The notes under the pieces are model-generated. The model ran no database searches. It worked only from the letters and a program-made list of their open reading frames with translations, and was not told where the DNA came from. 64,000 bases of DNA from contig OZ024742.1 in assembly GCA_964016885.1 (NCBI GenBank), positions 288,300,001-288,364,000 on the forward strand, in the 5' to 3' direction. Both the position numbers and the translations under genes were made by a program. Source of the DNA: Eledone cirrhosa. Its lineage: Eukaryota. Of the stretch, positions 59,548-64,000 are shown one piece after another (the stretch's first letter is position 1; each line of letters starts with the position of its first letter).

Positions 59548-59968
59548 CCTTGTCTGGCTTTCTGGAGAATAGAGGAAAGGTGTTTCCTCGAAAACCAGTA
59601 TGACTCTAAAAACCGGTTTGTCTGTGTGTTTACATACAGAATAGCTGGACACTCACAGTAAAGTGTCCAGTGAAAAACTCGGTACATCTACATATGTACA
59701 CGTGTGTGTATTCATATGCATACTAGTATTTCAGTATACATATGTGGATGTACATTTTTAACTTAATTGTTTAAGCGTCAGTCATACAAAAGTGAGTTAC
59801 AAACGAAACGAAATTTAATTTCGTTTCGTTATTTGTTTTTATCGTCTCCGCTGAACCGGTACGTACTCACGCTCTATGCAAATTAGTCTGCCCACTACTA
59901 ATTTTCATAGAAAAAGCATATAACGATATGTGCTTTTACGATTCTCTAGAAAGGCCGGAAGATAGGTA

Positions 59969-60013
59969 AATATTGCTGATGAGATGTAACAACATCGAAA
60001 CTAGTCCAATATT
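59969..60013 (+). ncRNA. Type I hammerhead ribozyme, copy 2
   Basis: Identical to copy 1. Confidence 0.9.
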
Positions 60014-60434
60014 CCTTGTCTGGCTTTCTGGAGAATAGAGGAAAGGTGTTTCCTCGAAAACCAGTATGACTCTAAAAACCGGTTTGTCTGTGTGTTTACA
60101 TACAGAATAGCTGGACACTCACAGTAAAGTGTCCAGTGAAAAACTCGGTACATCTACATATGTACACGTGTGTGTATTCATATGCATACTAGTATTTCAG
60201 TATACATATGTGGATGTACATTTTTAACTTAATTGTTTAAGCGTCAGTCATACAAAAGTGAGTTACAAACGAAACGAAATTTAATTTCGTTTCGTTATTT
60301 GTTTTTATCGTCTCCGCTGAACCGGTACGTACTCACGCTCTATGCAAATTAGTCTGCCCACTACTAATTTTCATAGAAAAAGCATATAACGATATGTGCT
60401 TTTACGATTCTCTAGAAAGGCCGGAAGATAGGTA

Positions 60435-60479
60435 AATATTGCTGATGAGATGTAACAACATCGAAACTAGTCCAATATT
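60435..60479 (+). ncRNA. Type I hammerhead ribozyme, copy 3
   Basis: Identical to copy 1. Confidence 0.9.
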
Positions 60480-60900
60480 CCTTGTCTGGCTTTCTGGAGA
60501 ATAGAGGAAAGGTGTTTCCTCGAAAACCAGTATGACTCTAAAAACCGGTTTGTCTGTGTGTTTACATACAGAATAGCTGGACACTCACAGTAAAGTGTCC
60601 AGTGAAAAACTCGGTACATCTACATATGTACACGTGTGTGTATTCATATGCATACTAGTATTTCAGTATACATATGTGGATGTACATTTTTAACTTAATT
60701 GTTTAAGCGTCAGTCATACAAAAGTGAGTTACAAACGAAACGAAATTTAATTTCGTTTCGTTATTTGTTTTTATCGTCTCCGCTGAACCGGTACGTACTC
60801 ACGCTCTATGCAAATTAGTCTGCCCACTACTAATTTTCATAGAAAAAGCATATAACGATATGTGCTTTTACGATTCTCTAGAAAGGCCGGAAGATAGGTA

Positions 60901-60945
60901 AATATTGCTGATGAGATGTAACAACATCGAAACTAGTCCAATATT
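60901..60945 (+). ncRNA. Type I hammerhead ribozyme, copy 4
   Basis: Identical to copy 1. Confidence 0.9.
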
Positions 60946-61366
60946 CCTTGTCTGGCTTTCTGGAGAATAGAGGAAAGGTGTTTCCTCGAAAACCAGTATG
61001 ACTCTAAAAACCGGTTTGTCTGTGTGTTTACATACAGAATAGCTGGACACTCACAGTAAAGTGTCCAGTGAAAAACTCGGTACATCTACATATGTACACG
61101 TGTGTGTATTCATATGCATACTAGTATTTCAGTATACATATGTGGATGTACATTTTTAACTTAATTGTTTAAGCGTCAGTCATACAAAAGTGAGTTACAA
61201 ACGAAACGAAATTTAATTTCGTTTCGTTATTTGTTTTTATCGTCTCCGCTGAACCGGTACGTACTCACGCTCTATGCAAATTAGTCTGCCCACTACTAAT
61301 TTTCATAGAAAAAGCATATAACGATATGTGCTTTTACGATTCTCTAGAAAGGCCGGAAGATAGGTA

Positions 61367-61411
61367 AATATTGCTGATGAGATGTAACAACATCGAAACT
61401 AGTCCAATATT
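61367..61411 (+). ncRNA. Type I hammerhead ribozyme, copy 5
   Basis: Identical to copy 1. Confidence 0.9.
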
Positions 61412-61832
61412 CCTTGTCTGGCTTTCTGGAGAATAGAGGAAAGGTGTTTCCTCGAAAACCAGTATGACTCTAAAAACCGGTTTGTCTGTGTGTTTACATA
61501 CAGAATAGCTGGACACTCACAGTAAAGTGTCCAGTGAAAAACTCGGTACATCTACATATGTACACGTGTGTGTATTCATATGCATACTAGTATTTCAGTA
61601 TACATATGTGGATGTACATTTTTAACTTAATTGTTTAAGCGTCAGTCATACAAAAGTGAGTTACAAACGAAACGAAATTTAATTTCGTTTCGTTATTTGT
61701 TTTTATCGTCTCCGCTGAACCGGTACGTACTCACGCTCTATGCAAATTAGTCTGCCCACTACTAATTTTCATAGAAAAAGCATATAACGATATGTGCTTT
61801 TACGATTCTCTAGAAAGGCCGGAAGATAGGTA

Positions 61833-61877
61833 AATATTGCTGATGAGATGTAACAACATCGAAACTAGTCCAATATT
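61833..61877 (+). ncRNA. Type I hammerhead ribozyme, copy 6
   Basis: Identical to copy 1. Confidence 0.9.
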
Positions 61878-62298
61878 CCTTGTCTGGCTTTCTGGAGAAT
61901 AGAGGAAAGGTGTTTCCTCGAAAACCAGTATGACTCTAAAAACCGGTTTGTCTGTGTGTTTACATACAGAATAGCTGGACACTCACAGTAAAGTGTCCAG
62001 TGAAAAACTCGGTACATCTACATATGTACACGTGTGTGTATTCATATGCATACTAGTATTTCAGTATACATATGTGGATGTACATTTTTAACTTAATTGT
62101 TTAAGCGTCAGTCATACAAAAGTGAGTTACAAACGAAACGAAATTTAATTTCGTTTCGTTATTTGTTTTTATCGTCTCCGCTGAACCGGTACGTACTCAC
62201 GCTCTATGCAAATTAGTCTGCCCACTACTAATTTTCATAGAAAAAGCATATAACGATATGTGCTTTTACGATTCTCTAGAAAGGCCGGAAGATAGGTA

Positions 62299-62343
62299 AA
62301 TATTGCTGATGAGATGTAACAACATCGAAACTAGTCCAATATT
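62299..62343 (+). ncRNA. Type I hammerhead ribozyme, copy 7
   Basis: Identical to copy 1. Confidence 0.9.
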
Positions 62344-62764
62344 CCTTGTCTGGCTTTCTGGAGAATAGAGGAAAGGTGTTTCCTCGAAAACCAGTATGAC
62401 TCTATAAACCGGTTTGTCTGTGTGTTTACATACAGAATAGCTGGACACTCACAGTAAAGTGTCCAGTGAAAAACTCGGTACATCTACATATGTACACGTG
62501 TGTGTATTCATATGCATACTAGTATTTCAGTATACATATGTGGATGTACATTTTTAACTTAATTGTTTAAGCGTCAGTCATACAAAAGTGAGTTACAAAC
62601 GAAACGAAATTTAATTTCGTTTCGTTATTTGTTTTTATCGTCTCCGCTGAACCGGTACGTACTCACGCTCTATGCAAATTAGTCTGCCCACTACTAATTT
62701 TCATAGAAAAAGCATATAACGATATGTGCTTTTACGATTCTCTAGAAAGGCCGGAAGATAGGTA

Positions 62765-62809
62765 AATATTGCTGATGAGATGTAACAACATCGAAACTAG
62801 TCCAATATT
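62765..62809 (+). ncRNA. Type I hammerhead ribozyme, copy 8
   Basis: Identical to copy 1. Confidence 0.9.
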
Positions 62810-63030
62810 CCTTGTCTGGCTTTCTGGAGAATAGAGGAAAGGTGTTTCCTCGAAAACCAGTATGACTCTAAAAACCGGTTTGTCTGTGTGTTTACATACA
62901 GAATAGCTGGACACTCACAGTAAAGTGTCCAGTGAAAAACTCGGTACATCTACATATGTACACGTGTGTGTATTCATATGCATACTAGTATTTCAGTATA
63001 CATATGTGGATGTACATTTTTAACTTAATT

Positions 63031-64000
<970 letters not shown>

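Larger units (their letters stand above)
59248..63030 (+). repeat. Tandem array of 8 x 466 bp + 55 bp; each unit has a type I hammerhead ribozyme (retrozyme-like element)
   Basis: Period 466 confirmed by ORF track offsets; units identical apart from one visible substitution (~62405); flanked by TA/TACA microsatellite. Confidence 0.95.

Noticed and set aside
59470-62914. Eight copies of a 60-aa minus-strand ORF (MSSYSVCKHTDK...)
   Set aside because: GTG start, no recognisable domain, antisense to the ribozyme; better explained as a by-product of a structured non-coding unit
59248-63030. CRISPR array or snRNA/5S/tRNA gene cluster interpretation of the tandem array
   Set aside because: No unique spacers and no cas genes in a eukaryotic context; no recognisable snRNA, 5S or tRNA sequence in the unit

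Overview
AT-rich eukaryotic (animal) genomic DNA, most likely a coleoid cephalopod such as Octopus. This is inferred from the tRNA-derived CORE- and Meta-type SINEs, RTE LINEs with (GAT)n tails and very large (TA)n-derived microsatellite tracts. Three spliced host genes can be reconstructed by eye: a complete 4-coding-exon Asterix/WDR83OS gene on the minus strand (110 aa), the last two exons of a FAM167/AARD-like coiled-coil gene, and the probable first two exons of a divergent gene with an FFAT-like motif (TTC39B-like). Mobile DNA includes a near-intact full-length RTE LINE (1075-aa APE+RT ORF), many RTE fragments, a decayed DD37D (maT) Tc1/mariner, a non-autonomous Helitron, MITEs, and L1/Tx1-like and HERO-like fragments. 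The most striking feature is a near-identical 8-copy tandem array of a 466-bp unit (59248-63030). Each unit carries a complete type I hammerhead ribozyme within a highly base-paired sequence, which suggests a retrozyme/circular-RNA element. At least six further hammerhead-like motifs of other families occur across the window, several inside long inverted repeats typical of Penelope-like element remnants. All calls are made by eye; no database search or folding program was run.
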